Shown: positions 10,034 to 23,704 of the stretch, one piece after another | How the letters are laid out: the number at the start of each line of letters is the position of its first letter | Numbering within the stretch: position 1 is the stretch's first letter | Position numbers and translations under genes: made by a program | Source: Epiperipatus broadwayi | Taxonomy: Eukaryota; Animalia; Onychophora | Assembly: GCA_028023455.1 (NCBI GenBank) | Contig: JAQFVV010000007.1 | Coordinates: forward strand, 11,656,001-11,720,000 | DNA: 64,000 nt | Reading direction: 5' to 3' | Notes under the pieces: model-generated | What the model saw: the letters and a program-made list of their open reading frames with translations, nothing else | What the model was told of the DNA's origin: nothing | The model's database searches: none

Positions 10034-12624
10034 TAAAATTTTGCATTAGTTTTTGAGTATTTTTGAAAGATTGTTGAAGAAATTTCTGGTGAAAGATTGA
10101 GAAAATATAACTATAGTAGTTGGAGGTGAAAGACACAACTGCTGATGCTAAAAGAAAATTATCTCAGTAAAATATTCTTCAGTTGTTTGTTTTTCTATTT
10201 TTTCCATCAATTAGAAAGTCAGCATATGATATTTTATATGTGTGAAGACACTCTGTCCATATAGAAAAAATATCTGTAAAAATATGTGGTTATATAAAGA
10301 AATAATAAAAATGATGTCAAGGGAATTAAATCTTTTTCATTGGAAAGGAATCCAAAACAACTAACAATCAAGAATCTTTCAAGATGAAAGAAAATGAATC
10401 CAGCAAGTGTATTTAATGAGTATAAATAACTCTTTCATCATAGTATTGTGATAAGAAAATAAATCATGTAGGCAACTCTAAAATATTAACAAAATCTTTA
10501 TTGACTGAAATTTATTTACAAAATAAGATTGATTAAATGTGAAAAATCTATAAAATGTTTTTTATAAAATATTAAAATTGTATTTATAATTTTTAGAATA
10601 TCTCAAAATATTCTGCCAGAGTAGCTATATAACTGGCAGTTATCAGTTTCACAATGTGCAGACATTGTAACCACCATGGTATTCATAGTTAACATTATGG
10701 TTGAATTTATTAACTTCTATTTTTAAAAATAAAACATGTACAAATAAAATCAAAATATTTACATATATTCTTTTAGTTCTAACCAATTATTATACCATTA
10801 CTGTGTAAAAATAAGCAGAAATCTTTAGTAGATGATGCAAACAAATCAATTTTTGCTTATTCCAAATATTTTCTCAAAGTAATCTCACAAATTGGAGCAA
10901 AATCGAAACAGTCAAACACATGGAGGTTTGACTAAACATGTGAAGGTTGGACCAGAAGGGTTTGACTAAGCATGTGATGGTTGGAACAAATGACTGATAT
11001 TACTAAATACTAAAAAATACTGGTCTCTTCATATTTTTTAAATTAATACTTTCATTTTCTAGCATAAAATTTGTGAGAATATTGGAAAATAACATAAAAG
11101 GTTATGCAGAAAAATAATTTTAAGTAAAACAACTATTAGAACCATCTTAAAAACACACTCATTATATATACCAAAGCTCAAAGTCAGCCAGTTAACAAAC
11201 AGCATGCTCTCAGAGCAAGACTTTCTACAAAATGTAATTTTAATAATTTTTATTTACAACAGAATTTTAGCACTAAATGTTAAAAATACAATTTCTCTTG
11301 GAGGATGATTAATCATAATGGAAATGGAATAACCATAATTAGATAAACATGTATCCTGAACAAATTTTGCTTCTGTAATTGCTAACATATGAAACAGCAT
11401 CCCTCTACATAAAAATAATAAAACTGTAGCCTTGCATGAAATGTTTTTACAGTAAAAGTCACACACCTCACATTCTTGTCATCTTATTAGTTGCCTCTGA
11501 AGAAATCTATATGACTTTTTTATATTCTATATCAATGACTTTATCAGAGGATTCCTTTTTATCTATGCACTTCTTTCTGCATTTATACAATTTTAATGAC
11601 TTTATTTTATCTGAGACATTTTATTCTTTTGTTCTCCTGCTGAGATATAAAAAGAAATTAAAGATAGCATGCAGACTGTCAAAAAATATTAATTTTGTTG
11701 ATAAAGAAAAATAGATAATAATAAAATGGTTTAAGCATCAAGATTTTATAAAATATTCAAGCCCTAAAATTGCTGAAAATGTGCTAAGGGAACTTTTAAT
11801 TGTTAAGGAGTTTATATAAGAAATTTAATTGCAGGAAGTGATAAATCAGAACTACAATCCAGACACATTGAGCTCTAATGTCTGAAAATCTACCACTGTA
11901 TCAAACAATATAAGACCATGACTGCACCAAAGAAATAGTAAAAGGAATGGAGAGTTCAATCTTATTCTATTTACAGATCTGTAATTTGGTCCTTGCTAGA
12001 CGATGTTTCTATAATTTCAGTATTATTCTTATTATGCCTAATTGCATTATTAAACCAAATCTTTCTGACTTCAGTATATCAGTGACATTGTTATAATGTC
12101 TTTTTTCTTTTAACATTAAATAATATTTCTAAAGCATTTATTGAACAATTAACAGCCACATAGTCTTATAAGAAGTGGTTAAATTGCCTAGACTACCATC
12201 ATTTTCTATTATTCCAGCAATCAAATGAATGTTAATTACTTTTAAGTCCTTTTTTCTTGTTTTAATCATTGACTATTTTATTTCTTAAGCATTAGCAATA
12301 TTTTATAATGGTTTAGAAAATATTTTCATAAGAGTTATTCTTCCAAAAAATGTAAGAATTAGAATGATTGAATATATAATAAATTTTATATCCATTTCTG
12401 GTATGATTTAAATTTTCAAGTTTTTTTAATCCTTGATTGTTAAGTACAACTTCACAATAATAAAAGAAAACATCTATTCATAAAAAATGCTGTTATTTAA
12501 GGTTTCTGAGCATTTGTGAAAATATCTCAGAAATTGCATCTCTAGAATGAATTAATAAAAAAGATCACTATCTCTAAAGTTTTTGAGAAAAAAGAGACAG
12601 CTTGTCAGTAATTATTAAGCTAAA

Positions 12625-14800
12625 ATCATCATCATCACATTCAATTATTATTAATCCATTGTAGGCACTAAGTTTTTCATCAAGTTTAATTCATTTTCTC
12701 ACATAACAAGTTTCTCTTCTTTACATTACATGGATAAAGTTACATTTTTCATTTATCAATCTCACATGTTGTTTCTTTCTGGGTCTTTTAGAATCACTTG
12801 TGATTTATGTTTAAAACTTCAAGTATCATCTCTTTCAGAAATATATCTTCCCAGCTCAATTTGAGTGTATTAATTACTTCAATGATTTCAGAAATATCTG
12901 TGTGTCCTCTCACCCATGTATTTAGTTTTCTACCTCTTCCTGTTACTTGCAGCAGAATCTCTTCATACTTTATTGAGTAGTCTGACATCTCTCTATTGTT
13001 TTAATGTCAGATGTCCATGTTTCTGATTGTAAGAACTAGAAAAATGTGTTTATTAAAAACTAGCCTTATGAAATACATAACCATATTTCATTTTAATATA
13101 GTTATTTTTACAAAACACTATACCACAGTGTAATTCTATGACTCATTTGATCCATTATGTGTCCATGTGTATTAATAATTTTTCCAAGAAATTTGTAGTT
13201 ATTTATTTTTAATATATGATTATTGATCTTTATTTTCTTCTACTGAGAATATCCATCGAGTGTGACATTAATATTTTTAACAGTTGTTTCTAGTCCTAAT
13301 TTCAGGAGGCTCTGAAACACTTTTTGCAAACTCTAGATGAGTTAAAAAATCATTTACTTTTCCACCCTTAGCTTTCCATTTCAATCTACAAAATATTCCT
13401 TGTAAAACTTCTGTTAAGCATTTTGGATATGTGGAATCATTCTGATAGCCTCTTCAGTTCACTGGTCTTCTCTATAATTTCTCTATATTAGATGTGATTA
13501 TGGTACCAACATTGCATTTAAATTCTTCTCAGCTTACAAATCATAGTTTAATATAGATATGTTTTGATAGATCTGTAATATCTAATATTTTTATTATCAT
13601 GTATCTGGTACATCTTTATCATTTAGATATGTAATATATACTTCTGCCAATGTTTTTTTTTTGTTCTTTTATTAGTTCATGTAAAAATGTCAATAATAAT
13701 TATATAATTTTCAAGAGTTTTTCTTCATAAATCATTTAATATACTTTGCAATTCAGAAGATACAGTAGTTGTAGAGGATAGTTTTTTTATAGTTCATCAC
13801 TATATCATTATTTATATAACTCTTTTGCATATTTCATGGTGTCATTTCTCTTTTTAGAAAGTTCCACATTTTCTTACTTTTATTTAAAGATTGTTTCTTC
13901 CAATATCAGAATATTATTTTATATTTTTTAGACAAATACCAATATGTATGACTTTCCTTACCAATTCACAATTATATTTTCATATGTTATTATTAACTCA
14001 TTTTCATATAATTTTATAAACGTCTAAATATTCACTTCTTCTGAATGAATCATTTTTAAAAATGATTATTTACCTTCTTTTCTTTCATAAATTGTCTCAA
14101 TATAATTTTTTTTGTAAAATTGCTAATTTCTTGTATTTCATTAATAAAATATTATTAATCTTCATATTGAATTTAGGCATTTTGAACCATTTTCAAAGTT
14201 TGTTATTATTTGAAAATAATTTACAAGTTCTAATTTAAATTCAAAGGTTTGTTTATAAAGATTAGGAAAGTCTACTGCTAAGACTGTCTTTTTGAATAGT
14301 TTTTTGTCTCTAATTTTGTACCAACATGCATCTTACATCTCATTAACCTATGAATATTTTCTGTATTGAATCTATTAAGAATAGTGCAATCCTAAAATAT
14401 ATATTTTTCATTAGTCAAAATATAAAGCAGAATTCTGCTGTATTTGGCAATCACTATATACATTCCTGTTTAGTCATAGAAATTATTGATAATATACAGT
14501 TTTTTTCTTTTCTGTGATTTTCACAAGTTTATGTCTTTTCTCTTTCTGCCACCATAATCACATTTAAACCTATCCCTTTTTCATCTTTCAGTCATTTACC
14601 AATTGGAACATTAAAATATGCAATGATAATTTTAAAATGCTTTTTTGATGTAATCAAAAGCATTTGATACCTTTATATAAAAATTCTCTGTTTTCTCATT
14701 ACAATGAGAATTTTGAGAGTATAAATTATCTTTATTTAGTGTATGCCAATAATTTTGGATAACTAATTTTGACACTGTCTGATGTAACATTAATTTTCAA
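12625..14800 (-). mobile_element. Heavily degraded RTE-type LINE (APE-like and RT remnants, (GAT)n 3' tail)
   Basis: Minus-strand remnants RGRKLNTWVRGHTDISEIIEVINTLKLSW (12794-12988) and EVLQGIFCRLKWKAKG (~13400, homologous to 30361-30783). APE-like segments at 14400-14700; ATC repeats at the 3' end. Confidence 0.6.
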
Positions 14801-17797
14801 AATATTGATGTTTTTTTTTTTTTTACTTTTTATTTATAATGAATTCCACTCATTGTGGGCTTCCAATATTTATATATTTATAATAAAATACACGACTATT
14901 TTTGAAATTAATTGACTTTACACTTTTTGTTAAATCCACAAAATTCAGCAATGTTACATTTAATATTAGGCAAAATTATTTTCACTTCATACATTTTACA
15001 AGCACTTGAAAATGATCTGAAGTTGTAAATACCTAAATAAGAGGTTGTTATTGAAATACAACCTGAAACCCTAGTCAGGAATTTCTTAGCACCATTTGTC
15101 TTTGGACATCAGGTGCAAACTTGTCAGACAACTTTTGAGCCTTCTAGAAATAATAGCCATAATTTAGTTTCATATGTTATGATTGTAAGTACCTATTAAA
15201 AATGAGGGGTCACATGTCTACATATCTGTCCTGGTTTGAAGAAAAGACAACAACTGTTTCAGTTAAAAATTATTAGTCAAGCGTGAAGAAAGACTGAAAT
15301 GTTTCTTGAACTTAAAATCAGATGCATAGAGCCTGTAACTCACTATGCTAATTCATCCATATTTTCGAGCAGCCCATCCGTGTTCATATACTAGATATCA
15401 GAAATTTACTCTGATCAGTTTCTTCAAGTTGTCAAAGAGAAATCAAAGGTTCTTTCAGATAACAGTAAATACCTTTTTAAAACAATCAAGCTATGGATAT
15501 AAATATTTTATTTATAAAGTTTAAATATTTTCAATCTCTTGTAAATTAATTATCTTTTTCAATAGTTGCGTTGGCGATTCGTTTTTCAATATCAATTTCT
15601 GATCATTGTCTTAAGTTGCTTTTGTTCAACATCTCATTTAGAAATTGAATCTTCCCCTACAAAGACAGTCATTTTCTGCTTTAATTCATTTTGAATTTGT
15701 TACTAATTAAAAAAAATACCCCATGCTTGCAACATTTCCTAAGTATAGTTTACTATAATTTTATTTTCAACGGATTTAATAGCTAATCCAATTCAAAAAT
15801 TCGAATAGTGATTGAGTTTTATAGTGGTTAGTCTACATATTCCTATCATAGCATTTTGTGCACTGCAAATCACTTATATATATTTAAACATTATAATCAC
15901 ATTTTAAAATTACTTATGTGAAGAATGTAAAATATTTGTAAAAATAAATTAATGATTAAGGTGCCTTTAAAAATCGTCTTCCTAATTTATTTCAGCTTGC
16001 CGAAAATGAATTTGTTGCAAAACTAATTAAATTTTCTAATATCTTGATTACTTTTCTTGCCACGTATTGAAACATTCCAAATCCCTTTAATTCCTTGCAT
16101 TATAATTTAGGAACAGCTGAAATATTTGCCCAACTCGTACAATAAACGACTTTAAGAAATAATGTTTACTCATTTTAATATATATTTTTTTAGATAGTGA
16201 TTACGCCTAAGGTATATATTGGGTTTGCAATATATACGCTACATTTAATTCTAATTTAAAAACGTAAAACTTAATAAATATTCATTAATTTATCATTTTC
16301 AAAGCGCTAAGTTATCTAATAGAAATGACTTCGCTGTCAAAGGTTTTTTTTTTTTTCCATGGGTTACTTTATTTGCTAAATTATTTCTTTTACTATTATT
16401 ATTTTCAAAGTTAGAATAAAAACTGCTGTTAAAAGGGATTAATTGGGATTATAACCGACTCATTAATTATCTACATTAATTATTATAATCATTTATTTTA
16501 TTGTTCATGCAATATTTAATAGATGTATAGAATTTAGTTTTATTAAAATTTAACTCTTAATTTGATAGTGAAGAGATACTAGCATTTATTTGAATAAACA
16601 GAAATTTCAGTTCAGGGCAGAGTTTGAACTTCTTTTCCGATAATTGTCTATTTTTAAAGCAAGTCAATTTTTTTAGGCAAAACTTAGTAAATCTAGCTAA
16701 CAATCCACTATTATGATAGTAATGAATTATGTAAATTATCTGCATGTTTTATAGCATACGACCCTAATGCCATCAATAGGAGAGACGCTTGCTTCTCGAT
16801 TTCTAAAAAAATGGGCGGTCTAGATTATTTACATACATTTGCATACATAGACATTGCACAACCTAACACAAAATCATTATTAGCACAAGCTATGGATATG
16901 GGAACAGGTGATTCCCGAAAGCGCTAAGCTAGAAAGTATTGAAAATAGCTTCACTGATGTTCGTTTAGAGTGCAATATATATATAGCTTAATGGTAAAGG
17001 ATATTTTATTCAGTTCGTTTGAGTCCAAAGAAAAATAGGAGCGACTGAAATCGATCTCGGTTGAAGATATCAATCGAAAAAATAAATCTTTGGATTCAAT
17101 TTATGATTATAAAATGAGAATACGACCATATGTAGGATCGATGAAATTAATAAGAGAGTATGCCCAAAGTTAATAATGTTTCTCGAGTACCTCATTATCA
17201 TAATTTATCATTCTACTTTATTTTATTTCGAATATATGTATGGAAAAACTAATATAGATTTTTAAACCTGTGGGGTCTTTGTCATGCATAGCATATTATG
17301 TTGACTATTCTACATTTTTATATTCTCTTATTTTTGTAACAAAAGTGTTTTCTTTTTTTCCCCAATATTCTTCGATAACTTTAAATTGAAATATTAGCCC
17401 TGTGTGATTTACTCCAGGAAATAGGGGCATATTTAAGAGATTAGGGTTCATGGATCGCAGATTCTGCCATTTCTGATGCATAAAATATTTATGAATCCTT
17501 GAGAAATAAATAATTCAATTATTTTTAGTGAAATGATTGAATATTTTTATTAAGAAATAAAGCTTATTAGATCTATATTTATGTGCTATAAAAAATATTG
17601 TCTTATAGATGGCGATCTAAATTTTTCAGCTTGATATTACGATAATGTAAACATTTTTCATATGTAAAACAGCTGACTTTTTTTTAATATTATGTACTTC
17701 TTTTGGTAATAAAAAAAATAATTTTAATGAAATAAAACATAGAAAAGTTGTTCAATGTGTATGTAATTTATCTATAAAATATGCACTTAAATTAATC

Positions 17798-17798
<1 letters not shown>

Positions 17799-17841
<43 letters not shown>
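17799..17841. repeat. (TA)n microsatellite
   Basis: Direct reading. Confidence 0.95.
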
Positions 17842-17847
<6 letters not shown>

Positions 17848-18789
17848 GAAATAACTTTACAACTTTAACATTAATTATTAAAATGTAAGCATGACTATAT
17901 TAAATAAATATCAACATTACACAAAAATTAACAATTGATTTAGTTTACATTTGTGGGAAGATGTATTATGTTCAAAATTTTAGGCTGTTTTAAATTTTCA
18001 ATTCATTAGATTATTAGTATTATTGAAGCCAGTATTTTTATTTTTTTTGTAAAAAGCATGTTGAAAATTACTCTTTGATAATGGAAATGAAAAACATAAA
18101 ACTAGCATAGAAATTTAGATCAGTGTTTACCTAATAATTTACTGGTGGTATATTACCAGATATTATTTATGGCTATGCTTACATGAGTGTACATGGAAGG
18201 AATTGCTATAAATTGAATTGTGAATGTATAAACCAATGAATATTAAATCCAAATTGAAGTAAATTAATTTCTCTTTGAACTATGGGAAAAAAAACACTGA
18301 TAAATCAAGAAATTATAAGAATACACGAATCCATCTATTCTTTAAGCTTTCTTTGGCTATAATCCTTAAAATGAGTATTGTTGCTGAAAATGAAGAGAAA
18401 TTAAATATTAGTCTGCTCTAAATACAGTATAAATCATTTCACAATTACAATTTTTCAATTATAGAATAGAAACAGAGTCCCATTTTTAATAACTTCTAAA
18501 TATATTCTTGATTAAATGTCAGCTTATTAATGTAAATATTAAATAGGTACAACTTAACTCTTTTGCAAAAATAAACAAATACATTTAAAATTTAAATGAT
18601 AAATGATTCTTTCTGTTATTTATTTGTTGATGTATGTTTGTTGTTTATCCTTAACTTACATGGGAGTTCATTTACTTCCATTTGAAATATATATATATAT
18701 ATATATAGCATTGTTTTATCCATTTGAAATATATATATATATATATATAGCATTGTTTTAGGGAGACCTCTATGTAATAAAAAAATATA

Positions 18790-19272
18790 ATAGCTAAATA
18801 ACTGATGTTTCAGTACAGTAACAATTATTTTTCTCAGAGCTTTTGTATGGTAAGATTTAAAATTTGTATTTTTTCTTCCTTTGTTATTTTTTCCTCCTTT
18901 TCAAATTCCTTTGATTTAGAAATTTTAAAAAAATATTTTATCATCCAATAGCATTTTCCAAATATTGTTAATTTTCTTTAATTCACACTTTTGATATATG
19001 CTCTTACCCCTTTTAAAAATTTCTATGGCTTTCCTTAACACTCTCTGGTCATATTATTCAATTTTTGTCAGAATGTGGGTTTTATTAAAATTGATGTCAT
19101 GGTTAGTGACTTTAATGTGTAAACAAATGGCTGATGAATTAGAGTTTCCTCTACCTTCCAAAATGTGTCCTTCCTTTCTTATGTGAATTCTATGATTGGT
19201 CTGTGCAATGTATGAATATAAACAAACTCCACATGGAATTACCGGAATTTCATATATACCATGACACTCCAA
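18790..19272 (-). mobile_element. PLE 3' fragment (GIY-YIG remnant + 3' tail with degenerate HHR)
   Basis: ORF 19054-19272 GIYEIPVIPCGVCLYSYIAQTNHRIHIR...SSAICLHIKVTNHDINF is GIY-YIG-like. The region is colinear with 61228-61626. Confidence 0.75.
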
Positions 19273-19619
19273 ATGAATTTTGTCTTTAGGGTGTGAAAAT
19301 ACTTCATTATTTTTTTAAATGTAGTATACATTATGTGAATATTATTTTTCTTTAAAACATTATCAGTTACTCCCATTATATGACAGAACAGTCTTAACTT
19401 TGAAAGTATTAAAATCTTTTTTCTTATTATTTTTTCTTGTTATTGTACTAAAATGTCAGCTATTTAGCTATTATATATTTATTACATGGAAGCTCCTGGA
19501 AATGATAATATGAATTCATTACATTTCCATGAGAATATTAGAATTCACACATGCACACGCACACATATATATATATATATGATTAAAATATTGGTCAATC
19601 AAACAAAAATAATAATAAA

Positions 19620-21800
19620 TAATTTAAAATTAAATAAAATTTATTTAAAACACAAAACCAGATTTCATTCATTATAGGAATCTTATTATGATATCTCCTT
19701 TTAATAAGCACTTGCCAATATAATTGACAACATTTAAATGATAATATATTAATCCCTGGCACTAGGATGGGATGGGAAAACACAGTTGGACAAAATATGA
19801 TACAAGCAATATATCAGCACTTCAAAGAAAAGTTAACAAAGCATAACAAATTCAAATGCCCAGAAATTTTTTTTGAAAAACCAGAAACAGAGATATTGTT
19901 TCAAATTGCAGATTTTGCATTCATTCTAGCATCAATTCCAAGTACATGCAACCCAAAACCACCAAGAATCCCACAATTTGTATTGTTACATCTCAGCCAA
20001 TTTACAGACACATACCTGTGTCAGCTCGCAAATCAACTACCATAAAAGCTATACAATATACAAGGGCTATATCTGGTTTCAATGGTCCTCTTCATTAAAA
20101 ACAAGCACCAAAAAAAAAAAGAAAAAATTGAATCATATATAATAAAACTAAGATCACAACATGAGTATGTAAAAAGGGATCATCAACAGGTCAAGCAGCA
20201 CTAATATACAAAATCATTAACTCAGTAATTAAAAGGAAAAATATGTCCCAATGGCTGTGCAATTAGATTTTGAAAGTGCATTTGATTCAGTGTCAATCAA
20301 AACACTGTTAATTCAATTAAAAAAAAACAGAAATACCTCACACAAACTTATATACAATTGCTAACCTGCTACTAATCAGAGAAATTCACAACACACTCAA
20401 TGGCAGATCTTCATTATTCTTCTACCCCAGTCAATCAATCCCACAAGGATCTCCACTCAGAACACTATTATTTACATTATATTTATACCCTCTATTACAA
20501 AAAATTAAAAAAAATCCAAGGAATTCCAATTCCAAACACCAACACATAATACCATTTATAGCTTACATGGATGATGTCACGGTATTTTTTTAAAATCAAA
20601 AAAATCAATTACTTATACTGTAGGAAATTATAAAAGAATATACAGCAAATTTTGGGCTAAAAATCAATGCCAACATATCAGCTGCATGGACAATACTTAC
20701 AGGTAAATTAAATACACATATATATCAAGGGAAACCCAGTATGTTTCTAGGTTTCCCTTTTCACTTGGGCATGAATGAAATGAGAAAGTCAATACAAAAC
20801 AAACTTAAAGCAGAAGCAGAGATTCACTGAATCACTATCCAAATCCTATCTCTCAATCTACTCAAAAGTATTTATACAATCAGCTTATTATGACAAAAAT
20901 CACTTAATATTTGCCAATAATAAATTTCACAAAATCATTTATTTCAGCAATTAACTCATTATGCAACAAGCTGCTATGGAAAAGAAAAGTAGTAGCAATC
21001 TCAATAAAGCAACTAAACCAACCAACAAAATGGAATGGCCTTAGACTGCATGCAATACAAACTTTTTACACACAAAATACAGTAAATCTACTGATTGCCA
21101 TATTTAGACATTTTCCAAACATAGAGCAAAAACTAGAAATCACACCCACTGACCAACCCCCTCCATCGATAATTATATAAATACACTCTTGGTAAGTATT
21201 GAAAACATTAAAAACAAAACACTTAAGAACACTATTAAATATACTTATTGGCAAACATATGATTTTCTATCTCAGAACCAAGAAGATAATAAGCTAACAG
21301 TACTGGGAACAGATAATAGCCAACTACTCAAAAAGTACAAAAGATGGTACCTAGAACCAAAATTTTTTGACTTTATCCTCAAATTGAATCTAAATGCTTT
21401 ATCTACAGCACATTTCATTCACTTCAGGAGATTCTACCTAAATTTTGATCTAATATGTGCTTTGTGTCACAGGGAAGAAAACACAAGAACCTTTGATACA
21501 CTACTGGAGCGTCTTAGAGAAAGATAGACAACTGCTGTTGAACAATTATAGGAAAAGTGAAAGCACAATAGAAAAAATGCTGAAAACATTAAAAAAAAAC
21601 AAAATACTAACAATATGTGTAGCCACTTTCAGCATATATGCCTTATGGTGTACCAGATGTAATTCACCATAGGAAACAATCCAAGAAGACAAACTAACAC
21701 ATATCATAACAAGATTGAAAAACCTAAAGAACGAGACAATCTTCATGCACCACCGGACATTTTTGTCACCACTTGATCTCTCTTTAAAATAAGTTCAGCA
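19620..21800 (+). mobile_element. Degraded L1/Tx1-like LINE ORF2 (RT to C-terminal Zn knuckle)
   Basis: Remnants LDFESAFDSVS (~20265), AYMDDVT (~20560), LLWKRK...PTKWNGL (20911-21180) and CALCHREE (21189-21527). Confidence 0.65.
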
Positions 21801-22931
21801 TTATAATGGATAAACAAAACATAACCTCAAAAAAATGGAAAGCCAGAATGGACCAACAATAAGAACTGAAATATGAAAATATAACAATTACTAAAGACTC
21901 TAATGGTAAAGAAAAAAAAGGTTTTTGTTTCTGTATCTAATGATGGATTTTAGTATATTGTGTTTGATACAATGTACAACCAGAAGAGATGTAACCAATT
22001 TTTGCCTAATAAAGTTTGCTTTGAAACCTAATATATTAATCTTTTTAAAAGTAAAAAAAAAATTTAAGGTTAATAAATAAATAAAGGCTTATTATTATCT
22101 AATCTGTATTTATATTACTTGTAATTTTATTAATATATTATAATTTGAATGATATTCATTAGATAGAACTGCTATTTAATAGTTTGTTCATGTGATTATT
22201 AAAAGGAGATATCTTAATAAAGTTCCTATAAAAAATGAAATTAGTTTGGTATTCTAAATCAATTTTATTTAATTTTTAAGTCATCCATTATCCATTTTAT
22301 TTAAAATTTATCAAAATTTTAAATTTTATAATGAAGATAACATTGTGGACAATTATTAATTTTAAAATTTGACCATCTAAAATGAAATATATATACATGT
22401 GCAGGGTGGGAAGAAGATGGTAAGCTTGATAAACAAGGCATGAGGGTATCAATACAAGATGGCACCAAAACAATCCAAACATATGAATACATTTTGTTAT
22501 GTTATGGAAATTAATTAATGTTATTTGAGTCATTATTTCTACAAAATAAGAAAATATAAGCATATTAAAATAGACAATCATTTTTTGAAATGCAATTTAT
22601 CAATTATAATTTTCTATGGTTTGTTTTTCTCTTATAATAATCTCACTTATGTCTTCTTATGTTGCGTTTACATGATTTGTATTTCACAACACATTGATAT
22701 ATGATGCAAAAATTGAAGTCAGTTTTATTGTTACTATCCATGCCTTTTATATGTGTATATATTATATTTAATGTTTTCATGCTTATAAGATAGAAATAAT
22801 GTAGTTTTTGGATTAAACTGTGGGTTATTTTTACTTACATCTCAACATTTTGGCAAAGTAGCATATTTGCCAAAACATTGGGAAATAAGTAAATAATATT
22901 TATTTTATAAAGCACAGACAGTTTGAAATTA

Positions 22932-23373
22932 AATTGAAAGGCTACAAACCTCTCACACTTATTATAATTTTAATATTTATCTGACAGCCAATCAAATGTT
23001 AGGATGGCTGTCTGAATAGTGATCAAACCGTAAACACACGATAAAGAATTTTTTAAGAAAAGGGTGGTCCACCCTCATCTCTACTTGTTTTTCTTTATAT
23101 CTAAGCCAGTCTGAAGACATTTAGGTTTAAAATCATGAAGCTTTAAATATCTTCACATTTAATTCACCTAGTCTAAATTACAAACATATAGCACAAAATC
23201 CTACAATTTACTACACAGTAGTTTTTAGATGTTATAAAATGCAGGAACAGGTAAAATTCTTTGTCTTGTGTTTATGGTTTGATCACTATTCAGACAGCCA
23301 TCATAACATCTGATTGGCTGTCAGATAAGTATTATAATTATAATAAGCGCAAGAGGTTTGCAGCCTTTTAATT
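22932..23373. mobile_element. MITE-like element with ~120-bp terminal inverted repeats
   Basis: 22932-23052 is an imperfect reverse complement of 23253-23373. No coding capacity and no TSD recognised. Confidence 0.7.
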
Positions 23374-23422
23374 GGTGAGTAAGCAAAAATTACAAATTGT
23401 TTAACCCAAAAATGATTTATAT

Positions 23423-23704
23423 ATGTAGTCAGAAGAAATCTGAATCCAGACTTTCAAGTTTTCTACAGCTATCCACTCCATAATTATGCATCCAGATCAT
23501 CATCTCCCACACATATTTATAATGACTTCTAATTTTATATTGAGATAAAAAATCTGTAATTTTTAATGATTCAGCATAAAATACATATATTGGAGATCAT
23601 TTATCTTTTTCCCATGTATGTGATCAGGTGTACCAGTTGTATAGAATAGAGTGGATAGCTGTAGGGAGTTTGAAAGTCTGGTTTCAGATTCCTTCTGATT
23701 ACAT
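23423..23704. repeat. Imperfect inverted repeat pair (~60-bp arms)
   Basis: ATGTAGTCAGAAGAAATCTGAATCCAGACTTTCAA...CTACAGCTATCCACTC mirrored at 23648-23704. Confidence 0.65.

Noticed and set aside
15050-15400. Minus-strand spliced gene suggested by GT/AG signals
   Set aside because: Joined frames contain stops, and 15050-15250 reads better as a LINE C-terminal remnant (VLTIITYETKLW).
16860-16867. AACCTAAC as a TTAGG telomerase RNA template
   Set aside because: An 8-mer of this composition is expected by chance in 64 kb, and no other telomerase RNA features are visible.
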